64,000 bases of DNA, taken from assembly GCA_001600695.1 (NCBI GenBank), contig BCKQ01000002.1:1499340-1563339 (forward strand), in the 5' to 3' direction. A program made the position numbers and the translations under genes. The DNA is from Ascoidea asiatica JCM 7603. Its lineage: Eukaryota; Fungi; Ascomycota. This document shows, piece after piece, positions 24,778 to 37,439 of the stretch; the first letter of the stretch is position 1, and each line of letters opens with the position of its first letter. A model generated the notes under the pieces. The model saw only the letters and a list, made by a program, of their open reading frames with translations, was not told the DNA's origin and ran no database searches.

Positions 24778-25892
24778 ATAATTCAATTTATCCTTAAAAA
24801 AATTTCAATTTGATTCAATTATTTTTAATATTATTTTTACTAATATTTTCATAATAATTTCCTAATATTAATAATACTACTAATAATAATTAATAATAAT
24901 TATACTAATAATAAATAATAATACTATTTGCCTTCTGCTTTTGCCAATCTATTTTAAATTAATTTATTCAAATCAAATATTTCGTTTAAGAAAAATCATT
25001 TTTACAGAACTTATTCTATTCAAGTCATTACCATTACCATTATACTACTTATTTTTCTCAAAAAAATCTCAATTTTTTTTTTTTCTTGCCTACTTTGTTT
25101 TTCAATGATATCTTTTTTCCTTGCCTTTCATTGTCTTTCTTTTTTTTTTGTTTTTTGTCTATAAATCAAATTTTTCATTTTTCAATATTTTACAAAATTT
25201 ACTTTTTATTATATATTTGTTTACAATTTCTATAGTACATATTTCTATAAATCAAATAAATTAAATATTTCTGTAAATTTAAAAACACACAATTATTTCA
25301 AAATCAAATGTATTGGAAATACATTTATCATACTCAAAAGCCCCTAATCTAGTCAATATTCAAGAGCAAGTACAGTAACTTTACTTACACTCCATCCAAA
25401 TCACCTTAACTTTGCAGTAACGTAATCGAAATCAGTTTTGCGCAATTTCAAATAATCTCTGATAAAGATAAAAAGTTCAAAAACCCAGGTTTATGGGTTT
25501 CAAAAATCAGAATTTAAAAATAAAAAAAGTAACTTATTACAGCCCTAAGAACAAACACGTTTTAATAAGTTTGGCTTATCAGTCACGCATAATAGTTTTC
25601 TTCTACAATTTGAGCACATGACCTTCCTGCTTACTCTCCGCTTCAACTTATTCTTTGAATATGTAGACTAGTTCGTGCTTCTCACCCAAGTTCGGAAGAG
25701 TTTATGTCTTCGGGCTGTAGCTCAGCAGGGCTCTAATTGATTCTTTTTCCATATTCCAAATTATCGTAACAAGTTATCCAAATATATCAAAATATCAAAA
25801 TACAAAATATCAATAATAATATAATAAAAATATTGAACAAGATACTCTGACAAAAGTTCTAAAACAAAGTAATCAAGAATAATATATCAAAA

Positions 25893-26861
25893 ATGGTACG
25901 TAAGATATATAATAATCTCAATTATTGAATAGAGAAATAATGAAAACAGGCGGATTATTGGAAAACAAGTTATTAAAAAATATCAAATTCTAAATATTTA
26001 TAGAAATATAAAATGAAAATAATGGTACAAATTCTAAATATGTATTATATTGAATAAATTTAATGGGAAATATTCAATCCAAGGTTTCTTTTTGTAAATT
26101 GATCATATATTCAATAAAATGAAAAAAAAACAAAAATTTCAAGGATTTAAGAAATTATTCAAAATGGCATAAACGTAATTTGAGAGTTTTTTTTTATTAT
26201 AAGCATTCAATATCAAATCAGCTTAATTTGGAAAAAAATTATTATTATTGTGTAAAATATAAAGCTTAGTTTCGAAGAAAAAGATTTGTGAAATTGTGAA
26301 CTTTTGCTTCAGATAACCTTTAAATAGATTATTTTTTGTTCATTTTTATGCTTTCATTTATAACTCAATCAATAAAATTATTATAGAATCATTTAATCAC
26401 ATTTAAATTGAAACTCTTTTTTCATTACCTGTTTCCTGATCAATCAATATTTTTTTTCATTTATTTTGAATCTTTGACTAACATTTTTTTAATTATAAAT
26501 ATAGGCAGTTGTTAAAGCTTATGAATTAAGAACTAAATCCAAGGATCAGCTTGAAGACAAATTAGTTGATCTTAAAAAAGAGCTCCTTTCTTTAAGAAGT
26601 CAAAAATCAAGAATGTCTTCTCCAAAAATTGGTAGTATCAAAAAGGATATTGCTCGTGTTTTAACTATTATCAATTTATCTCAACGTGAAGCTGTAAGAG
26701 ATTTTTACAAAAATAAAAAATACATTCCAAAAGATTTACGTGCTAAAAAAACTAGAGCTATTCGTCGTCGTTTAACTTTCAGTGAATCAACTAAAAAAAC
26801 TGATAAACAAAAAAAGAAAGAATTTGCTTTCCCTCAAAGAAATTTTGCTGTTAAGAATTAA
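25893..26861 (+). CDS. RPL35: 60S ribosomal protein L35 (uL29); exons 25893-25895 (ATG) and 26505-26861
   Basis: ATG|GTACGT intron 25896-26504 with GACTAAC branch; product MAVVKAYELRTKSKDQL...PKDLRAKKTRAIRR. Confidence 0.96.
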
Positions 26862-27091
26862 GTAATTACAAAACTTTTGTTATATATATCTAATTAAGTT
26901 CATTGAATTAATTTTCTTTTATTCAATTCTCAAAGAGAATTCTGTAGTTTATAATCATTTGATCTTATTATATTCAATTCATTTAAGATTTTTATTTTTT
27001 AGATGTTTTCATTAAAATTACGTAAAATTTTGTAAATATACAGTATAAACATTGAAATTACTATGAAATTATATAATATATATAAAAAAGA

Positions 27092-30000
27092 TCAGGATTT
27101 CATTTCAACATCACCATCTTTATCCTCATCACTAGATCTAGACCTTTTTCCTCTTTTGAAGGCTTCAATTTTCTTTTTAAGTTCTACGTCTGGCTCAACA
27201 TCTTCCAATTTCAATGGCATTCTGTTAAATGGATCAGTTGGATCATTTAATAAATGAGCTCTAATGGTAGATCTATCCATACTAACATTTGATGTCGGTA
27301 ATATAACAGGATCATTCATGATTTCATACATTAAAGGATCTAGGAATTCATCCGGAATTGAGCCTAATTCAAGCTCCTCTACTTCATCTTTCAATCTTTG
27401 TTTTTCTGCTTTATCTGCAAAAATCATAAGCGAATCAATAAAATCACTTGGTGCCAAGTTATGTTTTTCTAAAATAGCTTTCACTTTAGAAAATAATTCT
27501 CTACTAAATGATCTCGCATCTTTAGAAACAGCTATAATAAATTGTTCTTCTTTTGAAAGATTTATGTAAATTTTACATATATCAAGTAATAATTGTCTAG
27601 GACTGAAGCTTAATTTTTGAGGATCTTTTACCTTCAATTGAGTATACTTTGGACCTGCTAATGCATTTAAATTATAATCAAGCATTCCGGCCAAACGATC
27701 AACAATCTCTGGAAAAACAAAAGCAGAAGATACTTCTAATGTAAATATCTTGAATAAATTAACAGTCTTATTACCTAAATTTATATAGGATTTAACTTGA
27801 CGTTCTGTAGAATCAAGATTAGATGCTAATTCTTCATCTGTACCTTCCATGACTGGTGGTTGACCATTTTGTCTATTTTCAAGTTCTGTTTGAAGTTTAT
27901 GAAGTTCAATTAAATCTCTTAAAGATTCATCTAATAAAAAAGTTGTATCATTCAACATTCTAGCAACAAATCTTATAAAAAAATTTTTATTTTTAACACT
28001 TTGTTCTTTGAGTTGTTTTTTATATAGTGAGTCTTGCCATAATGATTCTAAAATAACAGATATGTGATATCTACTATTAAATTTATCATAAAATTGTGAA
28101 GATGCTCCAGTTTTTTCAACTACCACATAAAAATCTAAAAGTGCATATAACAAATGTTTTATTGCTAAATCATCACTAAGGAAAACCATATGTAAAAAGC
28201 CTGGATTTCCATTTTGCATTGGTAATGAACCATAAAATAATAATTCAACGAGTCTTCCTTTTAAATGAGGATTTCCGATAATTTCAGGGCAACGTAATAA
28301 AACAATAACAAATTCAACAAACGTTGAAAGTCTTGGATTATTCAATAACGGATTATTATTATATTGTATAATATGCAGGACATAAGTAACGATAGACTCT
28401 ATAATAAATTCAGGATAATATCTTAAAGGAACCGGTGCTAATTGACGAAGCATTTCAGCATTATCAATATTTTCAAAATTAACATTATCAGGTTGTAAAG
28501 GTAAATCTATGATTTTAGATGGATAAGATTTTTTGGGATCAATAGATCTAACAATAAAAACACACGAACCTAAAATAAAATCAAAAGTTTGATTCTGAAA
28601 TTCTTTATTAGAGAAAAAAATTTGAAGAGATTCTTTAATTGCTTTATTTTTATTTAAAAAATCTTCCATTTCTCTTATCTTTTTATTATATATTTCTTTT
28701 AAAACTCTAGTTCGATTTGAATTGGTGGGAAGTTTATCTCTTGCTTCTTTTGCTCTTATAATTTGTGCATCAACTCCTTTTATTTGTTTGGCTAATCTTT
28801 CTTTATGTGAACATGCACCACCTATACCATAATGTAAATAAGCCAAACTTAAAAAAAAGCATTCAGAAATAAAATTTGGATATTGATCTAATTTATTTTT
28901 ATCATAATATTCTTGAGCTTCTTGCGAAGTTGCATTTACTCTTGTTTCTTCTTCGATACTAAAAGCATTTTCCTTATTAAAATATAAAGGGTCAATTTTA
29001 TCAATTTTTTTAAAATTCATCTGCAAAAAAGGATCAGACAATTTGAATAAAATTAAAGAAATATTAACCATCAAAGAATGAGATGATAGTTTGTCATAAT
29101 TTGCCTGGGAACCCCTTCTTAAATGATTAAGATCTAATAATTTTCCAAAAAAAGATAACAAAGAACTTCTTGAATTAAGTGAACCACGAATTAATTTGTC
29201 AATAATGAAAAACAAAGATTCAATAATCATTGAATGTTCAGAATTTGAAGTTTCAAATAATCTTGAAAGATCAATTTTTGAAATTATTGAAAGATTTGAA
29301 AAAGTTTTTATTGCATAATTTGAATCTAGAGGAGATAATCTTAAAATTGGACCTAAAATTGAGTTTTTCTCTAAATAAATTGGATCAGTTAATTTTGTAA
29401 TTTCCGGATTGAAATTCTCTATATTATAAAAATTAGAAGCAATCTCTTTATCAGAGAGCAAGCTTTTAAAAAGATTAATGATTCTTATATAAGAATTATT
29501 GTAAATATTGATATTTTTAATTATGATATAATTAGATAAGTAAGGTACAAAAATATTTAAAAAATCTAATATAGCTTCTTGGGATTTTGAAATTTCAATA
29601 ATCGATGAAAGAAAATCTAAAATTGAATTATTTTCGAAATTATTATGAATGAATGGATTTAAAGTTTTGGATAAAGTATTATCTGGAGAAATTTCAGGTG
29701 CCTGAAATAAACTAAAAGCAAAAGTTGAAGATTGTTCAACAACTTTATTTAACATTTTTATTAATTTTAATTTTGCATTAGTGTTCATTTTTTTATAAAT
29801 GGATGATAGAGAATTTAATTGAACAATTAACTTTTTTGATTTATACCATGTATTGAAAAGGTACTCTATTGGACTTGAAATACCTTTAATTAAAATTTTA
29901 TATTCGAAAATTTCAACAATTTGTTGTAATTCTTGGCCTAAAATCTTTTTTGAACGCTTATCTGAAACACTAGTTAAGTTTGTTGATGTTGGTAAAGTGA

Positions 30001-30478
30001 AAAAAAATTTAAAATTTCCAGTCTCATTTTCAGTTTCATTTTCATTTTCATTTTCATTTTCAGTTTCATTTTCATTTTCATTTTTATTAATTTCATTTAT
30101 ATCAAATTCTAAAATATTTTGAAATTCAGACTGATAAAAAGAATCAAATTGTTTCTGAGTATATTCGGGATTTAACGACTTATTATTATTACTAGTATTA
30201 CTATTAGAGTTTGAATTTAGAGTTAAAGCTGGAGATTTATTGGATTTGCTTGAATCTGTAGAAGAAAGCGATAATATATCGAATGGATTATCATTTTTAT
30301 CATTATCTTCTTTATTATTTTTTATGTTTTTAGGTAATATTGATGAAGGTTTAGGATTAGAAGTTGCTGATATAGGTGCTGATGAGTATGAAGACGATGA
30401 TGCTGAAGAAGAAGATTCTTCATTTTCCAACCTAAGTTTATTTAACCTGGCTAATCTTTTTGCTCTTATTTCATCCAT
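27092..30478 (-). CDS. UFD2: U-box E4 ubiquitin chain assembly factor
   Basis: VEKTGASSQFYDKFNSRY, FVARMLNDTTFLLDE and C-terminal U-box PDEFLDPLM..DPTDPFNRMPL. Confidence 0.97.
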   Translation of the reverse strand: MDEIRAKRLARLNKLRLENEESSSSASSSSYSSAPISATSNPKPSSILPKNIKNNKEDNDKNDNPFDILSLSSTDSSKSNKSPALTLNSNSNSNTSNNNKSLNPEYTQKQFDSFYQSEFQNILEFDINEINKNENENETENENENENETENETGNFKFFFTLPTSTNLTSVSDKRSKKILGQELQQIVEIFEYKILIKGISSPIEYLFNTWYKSKKLIVQLNSLSSIYKKMNTNAKLKLIKMLNKVVEQSSTFAFSLFQAPEISPDNTLSKTLNPFIHNNFENNSILDFLSSIIEISKSQEAILDFLNIFVPYLSNYIIIKNINIYNNSYIRIINLFKSLLSDKEIASNFYNIENFNPEITKLTDPIYLEKNSILGPILRLSPLDSNYAIKTFSNLSIISKIDLSRLFETSNSEHSMIIESLFFIIDKLIRGSLNSRSSLLSFFGKLLDLNHLRRGSQANYDKLSSHSLMVNISLILFKLSDPFLQMNFKKIDKIDPLYFNKENAFSIEEETRVNATSQEAQEYYDKNKLDQYPNFISECFFLSLAYLHYGIGGACSHKERLAKQIKGVDAQIIRAKEARDKLPTNSNRTRVLKEIYNKKIREMEDFLNKNKAIKESLQIFFSNKEFQNQTFDFILGSCVFIVRSIDPKKSYPSKIIDLPLQPDNVNFENIDNAEMLRQLAPVPLRYYPEFIIESIVTYVLHIIQYNNNPLLNNPRLSTFVEFVIVLLRCPEIIGNPHLKGRLVELLFYGSLPMQNGNPGFLHMVFLSDDLAIKHLLYALLDFYVVVEKTGASSQFYDKFNSRYHISVILESLWQDSLYKKQLKEQSVKNKNFFIRFVARMLNDTTFLLDESLRDLIELHKLQTELENRQNGQPPVMEGTDEELASNLDSTERQVKSYINLGNKTVNLFKIFTLEVSSAFVFPEIVDRLAGMLDYNLNALAGPKYTQLKVKDPQKLSFSPRQLLLDICKIYINLSKEEQFIIAVSKDARSFSRELFSKVKAILEKHNLAPSDFIDSLMIFADKAEKQRLKDEVEELELGSIPDEFLDPLMYEIMNDPVILPTSNVSMDRSTIRAHLLNDPTDPFNRMPLKLEDVEPDVELKKKIEAFKRGKRSRSSDEDKDGDVEMKS

Positions 30479-30889
30479 TATTTTTTATTATAGATATTAT
30501 TGATATTGAAGTTGATTTGAAAGTGAATATGAAAATGAATTTGATGATTATATAAATATAAAATTGATTTGATTGATTGATTAAGAATGAATTAGATAGG
30601 AATAGTTATGAATGTAAATTTTTGCGATTAATAAAAACTCAAACCTTGTTATGAATTAAAGGCTCTAGTAATAATTACTTGAAAATACAAAAGCACTTTA
30701 AATAATTAATAATTCAGTTGATTTGGATTACAGTGATAATTGCTGTAAGTTCAAGAAGTGTGTTTGAAAAATGTTATCGATTCCACGATAATAGAAATAA
30801 TTGTAATAATAATACTGGTAATATTAATTGCAATAGCAATAGGAGTCAGCTGGTTGTGATAAAGATAAAGAAAGTGGAGCTCAGCAAAA

Positions 30890-30896
30890 TCACGTG
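30890..30896. promoter_or_regulatory. E-box TCACGTG (Cbf1/Tye7-type) in the UFD2-FBA1 divergent region
   Basis: Exact TCACGTG; further CACGTG at 31530, 34925, 51157 and 61924, all in promoter regions. Confidence 0.5.
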
Positions 30897-32076
30897 TGAC
30901 AGAGACTTTCAAAAATATTCAAGAGATAGCCACATACGTTACCAGCCACGTATGATTCAGCCATTAAAGTGCGCAGGTTTACCAGCCATGTTCACTAGCC
31001 ATAGATTGAAATAAATAACAACGATGAGGCTGAACTGTTATTATTTGAAATGACATTAATCCTAGCATAAGCGTTAGTTAAGTGAATAAATTTTTTATTT
31101 TCATTAGAGTGACATGCATTTAGTGATTGTTTAATTTATTGAGATCAAATTATATTTCATAGCTGGATGTTGGGTAAATTCAGTCTATAATATTCTCATA
31201 CAATACTTTTTAACTTTTATATACCTTTACACTGAGGAACAGAACCCTCCAGAAGGTTTTACTATCACGGGTGTTATCCCGATAACATAAAAATCCTGAT
31301 TACAACATTCTAGCTGTTGTCCCGTTTGAATTGACCAATAACAACTACACCCCAATTTCCCCGGGTACTCTGGGTTTTCCATGGACTTCTAATGAGTGTT
31401 GGATTTGTTTTGGTTTTAAAAATTTACCCGCTTTTATCGGGACTGCGGTGTAGAAATGTTTTTGAAGGCCCCGAATATTTGAACCGACACAAGCGGAGAC
31501 CCTGCTACAGGGACAGCTTCCGGGAAAACCACGTGTAAATTACTTCACTGAGAGCGTCTTATGACCTTAGACCCCATATTTCAGGCGGTGCTTGTCCTTG
31601 GGGGTCCAGTACTCTGCGGCAAATGGCAAAACTGGTCTGTCTGATGATGTTCACCAGAACCAGCACCACCACCGAACTTCAGCTTTAATTGTAGCTGTTA
31701 TGTCAAATCAAATTTCTATCACCATCATCTACTGTAGAACTATTTACTACTGGCTAGTGTTTTGGATCCACCACACCACATACATTAATCCATTATCACT
31801 AACAAACTACCTTGCAGCACCACTTTAATTTCTCTTTAATCATAAGCAACTTTATATTTATTCATATTTAAACATCTACTTTTGTCTTCAATTCAATTCT
31901 TTATTATTATATCATTTATATTTTTATATATATATATTTGCTCTTTATTTCATTGTCTCATTATTAATTATTATACTTCATAATAATATACATTCAAGAA
32001 ATTTCTAATTTTAATTTCATTTATTAACTTTTTCAACTTTATTTTAAACTTTAATCATTTAAATTCATATAAAAAA

Positions 32077-33159
32077 ATGGGTGTTCAAGATGTTTTATCA
32101 AGAAAAACCGGTGTCATTGTAGGTGATGATGTCCGTGCTCTATTTGATTATGCTCAAGCAAAAGGTTTTGCAATTCCAGCAATTAATGTAACTTCTTCTT
32201 CAACTGTTGTTGCAGCTTTAGAAGCTGCAAGAGATAATAAATCTCCAATAATTTTACAAACTTCTCAAGGTGGTGCAGCTTATTTTGCTGGTAAAGGTGT
32301 CAACAATAAAGATCAATTTGCTTCAATTAGCGGTTCAGTTGCTGCTGCTCATTATGTTAGATCAATTGCTCCAGCTTATGGTATTCCAGTTGTTTTACAT
32401 ACTGATCATTGTGCCAAAAAATTATTACCATGGTTTGATGGTATGATTAAAGCTGATGAAGAATATTTCAAAATTCATGGTGAACCTTTATTCTCTTCTC
32501 ATATGTTAGATTTATCTGCTGAAAATGATGATGAAAATATTTCAACTTGTGTTAGATATTTCACAAGAATGTCCAAAATGAATCAATGGTTAGAAATGGA
32601 AATTGGTATCACTGGTGGTGAAGAAGATGGTGTTAATAACGAATCTGCTTCAAAAGATGATTTATATACTTCTTCTGAAACTGTCTTTTCTGTCTACAAA
32701 GCTTTATCTCCAATTTCTAAAAATTTCTCGATTGCTGCTGCCTTTGGTAATGTTCATGGTGTTTATAAACCAGGTAATGTTGTTTTAAGACCTTCAATTT
32801 TAGGTGAACATCAATTATTTGCAAAAGATAAATTATCTTCTGAGAAGAAATATCCATTATATCTTGTATTCCATGGTGGTTCAGGTTCAACTCAAGAAGA
32901 GTTTGATGTTGCAATAAAGAATGGTGTTGTTAAAGTTAATTTAGATACTGATTGTCAATATGCTTATTTAACTGGTATTAGAGATTATGTTTTAAATAAA
33001 AAAGATTATATCTTAACAATGGTTGGTAACCCAGAAGGGGATGATAAACCAAATAAGAAATATTTCGATCCAAGAGTTTGGGTTAGAGAAGGTGAAAAGA
33101 CAATGACTAAAAGAATTACTCTTGCTTTACATATCTTCCATACTGAAGGTCAACTTTAA
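32077..33159 (+). CDS. FBA1: Fructose-bisphosphate aldolase class II
   Basis: VLHTDHCAKKLLPW, AFGNVHGVY, LVFHGGSGS and KVNLDTD. Confidence 0.99.
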   Translation: MGVQDVLSRKTGVIVGDDVRALFDYAQAKGFAIPAINVTSSSTVVAALEAARDNKSPIILQTSQGGAAYFAGKGVNNKDQFASISGSVAAAHYVRSIAPAYGIPVVLHTDHCAKKLLPWFDGMIKADEEYFKIHGEPLFSSHMLDLSAENDDENISTCVRYFTRMSKMNQWLEMEIGITGGEEDGVNNESASKDDLYTSSETVFSVYKALSPISKNFSIAAAFGNVHGVYKPGNVVLRPSILGEHQLFAKDKLSSEKKYPLYLVFHGGSGSTQEEFDVAIKNGVVKVNLDTDCQYAYLTGIRDYVLNKKDYILTMVGNPEGDDKPNKKYFDPRVWVREGEKTMTKRITLALHIFHTEGQL

Positions 33160-33635
33160 GTAATTTAATTTATTTTCCATTTACATTTTATTATTTACCC
33201 ATTATTCATAATCTTTCTTTTTACCTTTAACCTCTCACGTTTCATCTTAATTAACTCAATTAATTTAATGATTTAGATTTTATACTTTATAACGTTCTTA
33301 TTTGTTTTCATTTTTCTTTGTGGTCTTTATTCGATTTTCTGTAAATTTGAAAATCTTTAACGATTTTAAACTTAAAAAAAAACAAGTCAATTGGCTTTTT
33401 TGTTGAATTTTTTTTTATTCTGAATCTTCTCAAGTAATCACATAATGTATACATATCGTACAAATTATATATACATAAATATAAGTAAAAATAGGTCGTT
33501 GATCTAAAGAATATTTAATAATAAAATAAATAAAATATGTATAAAATAAGAATAAGAATTAAAATAACAATATTAATTTCAAAAATTGGTATAAATAATT
33601 CTTATAATTAAAAGTTTTTTATTTAATTTTCATGC

Positions 33636-34672
33636 TTAATCTAATGATGAAGCACCAGTAATAATATCAACTAATTCATTAGTAATAACAGCTTGTCTAG
33701 TTCTATTATAAAGAATAGAATATTTGGAAATCATATCACCTGCATTCTTAGAAGCATTATCCATAGCATTTCTTCTTGCAGAAACTTCCGATGCATAACC
33801 TTCAGCCATGGCACTAAAAATAGCATTAGCTAAAGAAAATTCAGAAAGAGTTTCTGGAACTTTAGCATCCGCATCTAATTCAAATAATGAAAGTTTTGGT
33901 GATGCTTCAATTAATTCTGGGGTAAAAGCAGGTTTAACAGTTGATTCAAAAGATACACCACTGACAAATTTATTATACAAAACTTCAACATTTGAGTATT
34001 TACCTTTAGTTTCTTTTAAGATTTCATCAGTAATTAATGCAACTTCAGTAAAATTTGGAGTTTCTTTACCAACACCAGAAAATGCTAAAAGTAAACTATC
34101 AGCATTGGTTCTATTAATTTGAGCTTTGACTTTTTCACCAACTGCGATAATATCAGCATTTGGAAATTTTTTCAATTCGGCTCTAACTGCTTTTGCAACT
34201 TGAGAATGAATTGATCCACATAAACCTTTATCAGAAGAAACTGCAATTATTAAAGTTTTTGGTTCTTCTGGTAATTTAGCATTTGCAGTTTCTGCATTTT
34301 TGAAAAACTCATTATCACCAGAATTATAAACTCTTGAATTTGTCATAGCACGTTGAGCCTTATTTAAACGAGTTGAAGCAACAATCTTCATGGTCTTGGT
34401 AATTTTTTCAATATTTTTAATGGATTTTAAACGAGTTTCAATTTCACGTAATGTGGCATAATTTCTATAAAAATTAAAAATTGAAAACAAAAAAAAATTG
34501 ATTCATTCCAAAATTGTTAATAATTTTGTCCCCTTTATATTATCATAATCAAATAACCTTATAATAACAATTGACATTTAAATATCATGAATAGACTAGA
34601 CCTTAATACGAATACATACCTAGCTTGAGAACTAGCAGTTAAAACTGCTCTAGATCCAACTCTTGAAAACAT
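33636..34672 (-). CDS. ATP3: Mitochondrial ATP synthase F1 gamma subunit; exons 34672-34620 and 34464-33636
   Basis: Presequence MFSRVGSRAVLTASSQAR-NYATLREIETRLKS. Intron 34619-34465 reads GTATGT..TATTAAC..TAG. C-terminal RQAVITNELVDII. Confidence 0.97.
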
Positions 34673-35130
34673 TTTTACTCAATATATACTGATTCAAAAA
34701 AATATGTATCTAACAATATAATTACGATTTGAATTAATATAATATTATCTAAACCAAATGAGTGTTTAAATCAGATCTTTAAATCAAATCTTGAAATTCA
34801 ATACCATTTTGGATTGAATATTTTGCTCTTAGGGTGTTTCTACTACTTTTTGATTTTGGCCTATTCACATTGGTAAGTCCATTAGAAAATATCAAGCTGA
34901 GTTCTGATTTGTCAAACACATGATCACGTGGATTTTTGAATGCTCCGCAATGGGGCGGCATATTTTGAAAATGGAAATTGAGGCTCGTTTCTGATGAATT
35001 TGAATTCTTTCTCCAATTTCCAAATTGATATATTTTACAATTCAAAGAGTTTAAATGAAATATTTTATTATGGAAATAATATTTGTATTGAAAATACTGA
35101 CATATTATGATTGTGAAATTTTCTTAAAAA

Positions 35131-36782
35131 TTACCATATAATTCTTTGAACAAGTTCGGGCTCACTTTCCCATTTAAATGTATATATTAAGAATATTGTC
35201 ATTACTACTCCATTAATAATAAAAAACCAAAAGTATTCAAGAATTAATTTGAAAGATTTAACAGATAACCTTTTAGAAATCAAATTATCTAAGGATCGAA
35301 AGAATGTATCGTCATTTACCTTAATAAGAAGCCTCCAAAATAAATATGGAAGTATATAATATCTTGGTTCGAATAAAGGTGATGGAATAATACTTGCACT
35401 CACACAAACCAAATATGAAAGGATTGTTATATAATTTGGCTTTAAATCAATTGAAGTTTCATTCAATTTCTTTCCTTCAAATCTTTTGGAGTAATTTTTT
35501 TTATCATCAAATTGATAAAGGTTTTCAAACAAATGAAATAGACATCCATAACCTGCAAAATGATAAACAGGTATTAAAAAATATTTTGAATAAGGTGGAT
35601 TTCTATCTATGATCCTCCTCCAAATGTAAAATGTATAATGTCTGTTATCTGCCAATAAAAATGGATGGATTATTGTGAAATATTTAACAAATAAAAATAA
35701 TCCAAAATAAATTAAAAATGTAAGAAGAACTTTTTTAAATGAACCAAAAGAATTTTTAAAAAAAGATTTTAAAAATTTCAAAGAAAAAAATATTGGCAAT
35801 GAAAAAACAGACATAAATGAGAAACAATATAGTAATTGAGGTAGATGAATTGTTGAAATATGATTTTCTTTATCACCAAATGTTATTCCTTTGTTATAAT
35901 AAACAAATGTGATAAAAAGGAACATGTTGATAATATATGGAACTATTACAAGTATATTTTCCTTCATCTGTAATAAAAATCCAATAAAATTTACCATGAC
36001 CTTTTTTAAAATAGAAATATTTCCAAGTTTATTTAAATATGAATAGTTTTTAGGATTATAAATTCCAGATACTTGAGCATTTCTATCAATTACCATCGTT
36101 AAAATAAATCCAGTCCATACAATATTAGTCTGTCGAAAAAACAATGAAATCATTGCAAAGAAAGCTGAAATCCATGCTCTCAAAATGTTCACGCGAGATG
36201 CTGATACAGCAAATGAAAATGATAATAAAATAAAAACACTTGACCAAACATCAGTATAAAATAATACATAATATGTAGATAATAAAGGAAATGATAAAAT
36301 ACTTGAAATCATTATATTGTCATTGGTTATTTTCTTTAAAGGCATTAGAACAAAAAAAGGGAAAAATATTAATCCTGCAAAAAGATTTAAACTTCGAAGA
36401 CTTGAAATATCACAGAAAGAAAATGTTGGCAATGCTTTGGTAAGAACCTTTAAAAATTCAGAATTCATATAAGCAAGGATATATAATCCTGGGGGAGTTG
36501 TTATTTTGGAATCCCAGCTCGAAAAATTTCCATTGCAATATTGCTGTGCTTGGGGAATATGAAATATTTCATCCTTATTAATAATTTTATAGTTTATTAG
36601 TATTTGATTTTTTTTATTTTTCTGACTATATGAATATATAGTTTTTTTTATTTTTAAATATAATCTGATCTTACAATAAAACAATAATCCACAAACTGAA
36701 AACTTATTAAATAGAAAACAATTGAATAAAAAGTAACAGTCAAGCCAAAAAAAAGCTGATCTTTATTTAGTAAGCTGAACAT
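35131..36782 (-). CDS. DIE2: Dol-P-Glc alpha-1,2-glucosyltransferase (Alg10); exons 36782-36675 and 36573-35131
   Basis: Spliced ...VDYCFI|DEIFHIPQAQQYC; KITTPPGLY, RQTNIVW, HPFLLADNRHYTFY and EPRYY. Intron 36674-36574 reads GTAAGA..TACTAAT..AAG. Confidence 0.93.
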
Positions 36783-37439
36783 TTTTTAAATAACGAATTA
36801 AACTAACAATGGCAATTTGTTACAATTTTATGGGCATAATGGTAGCCTATAATAACCTGGTAGAGAGTTGAAATTGAAGTATATCTGTAGAGAACAATTA
36901 TTTCTGTGTGTTAAATCCAAAAGCTCTTAAAATACCTCCACTTTTATTACTAAATACCGCCCTGTTTAATATTTTAAAAATGGAAGTAGTCACCTGACCT
37001 TATACTTTTAGAAGAAATGCCTGAACCTAAATCATGCGTAAGTATGCATAATTTAGAATATTCATTTTAAAAAAGTTTCTTAAAGTAATTATCTCTTTTG
37101 AACATTATCTTTTTATTTTCATATTATTATGGTGATTATTTCAACTACCAATAAAAATAATTATGCTGAAAACTAACAAAAAACTACAAATTGAAACAAT
37201 TAACTAACCAAAATTAAAAAAAATACATTAGTGTGTATAAAAAAAAAAAGCCTTTCATGTTATCGTTAATAAATAAAAAATTATAAAAATATAGGTAAAA
37301 ATGCATTCAGAAACAAAATAAAAAAAGAAGTGAAAGTAGAAGAAATGTTTTTCTTTAAAAAACATTAAAAAAAATATAAAATACACCCAAATTTTTTAAG
37401 AATAGAAAAAAATGTTTTATGAGAACTGAAAAAAAGTTA

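Noticed and set aside
25711-25730. GGGCTGTAGCTCAGCAGG resembling a tRNA 5' half / A box
   Set aside because: No anticodon arm, T-loop (GTTCRA) or acceptor-stem complement follows.
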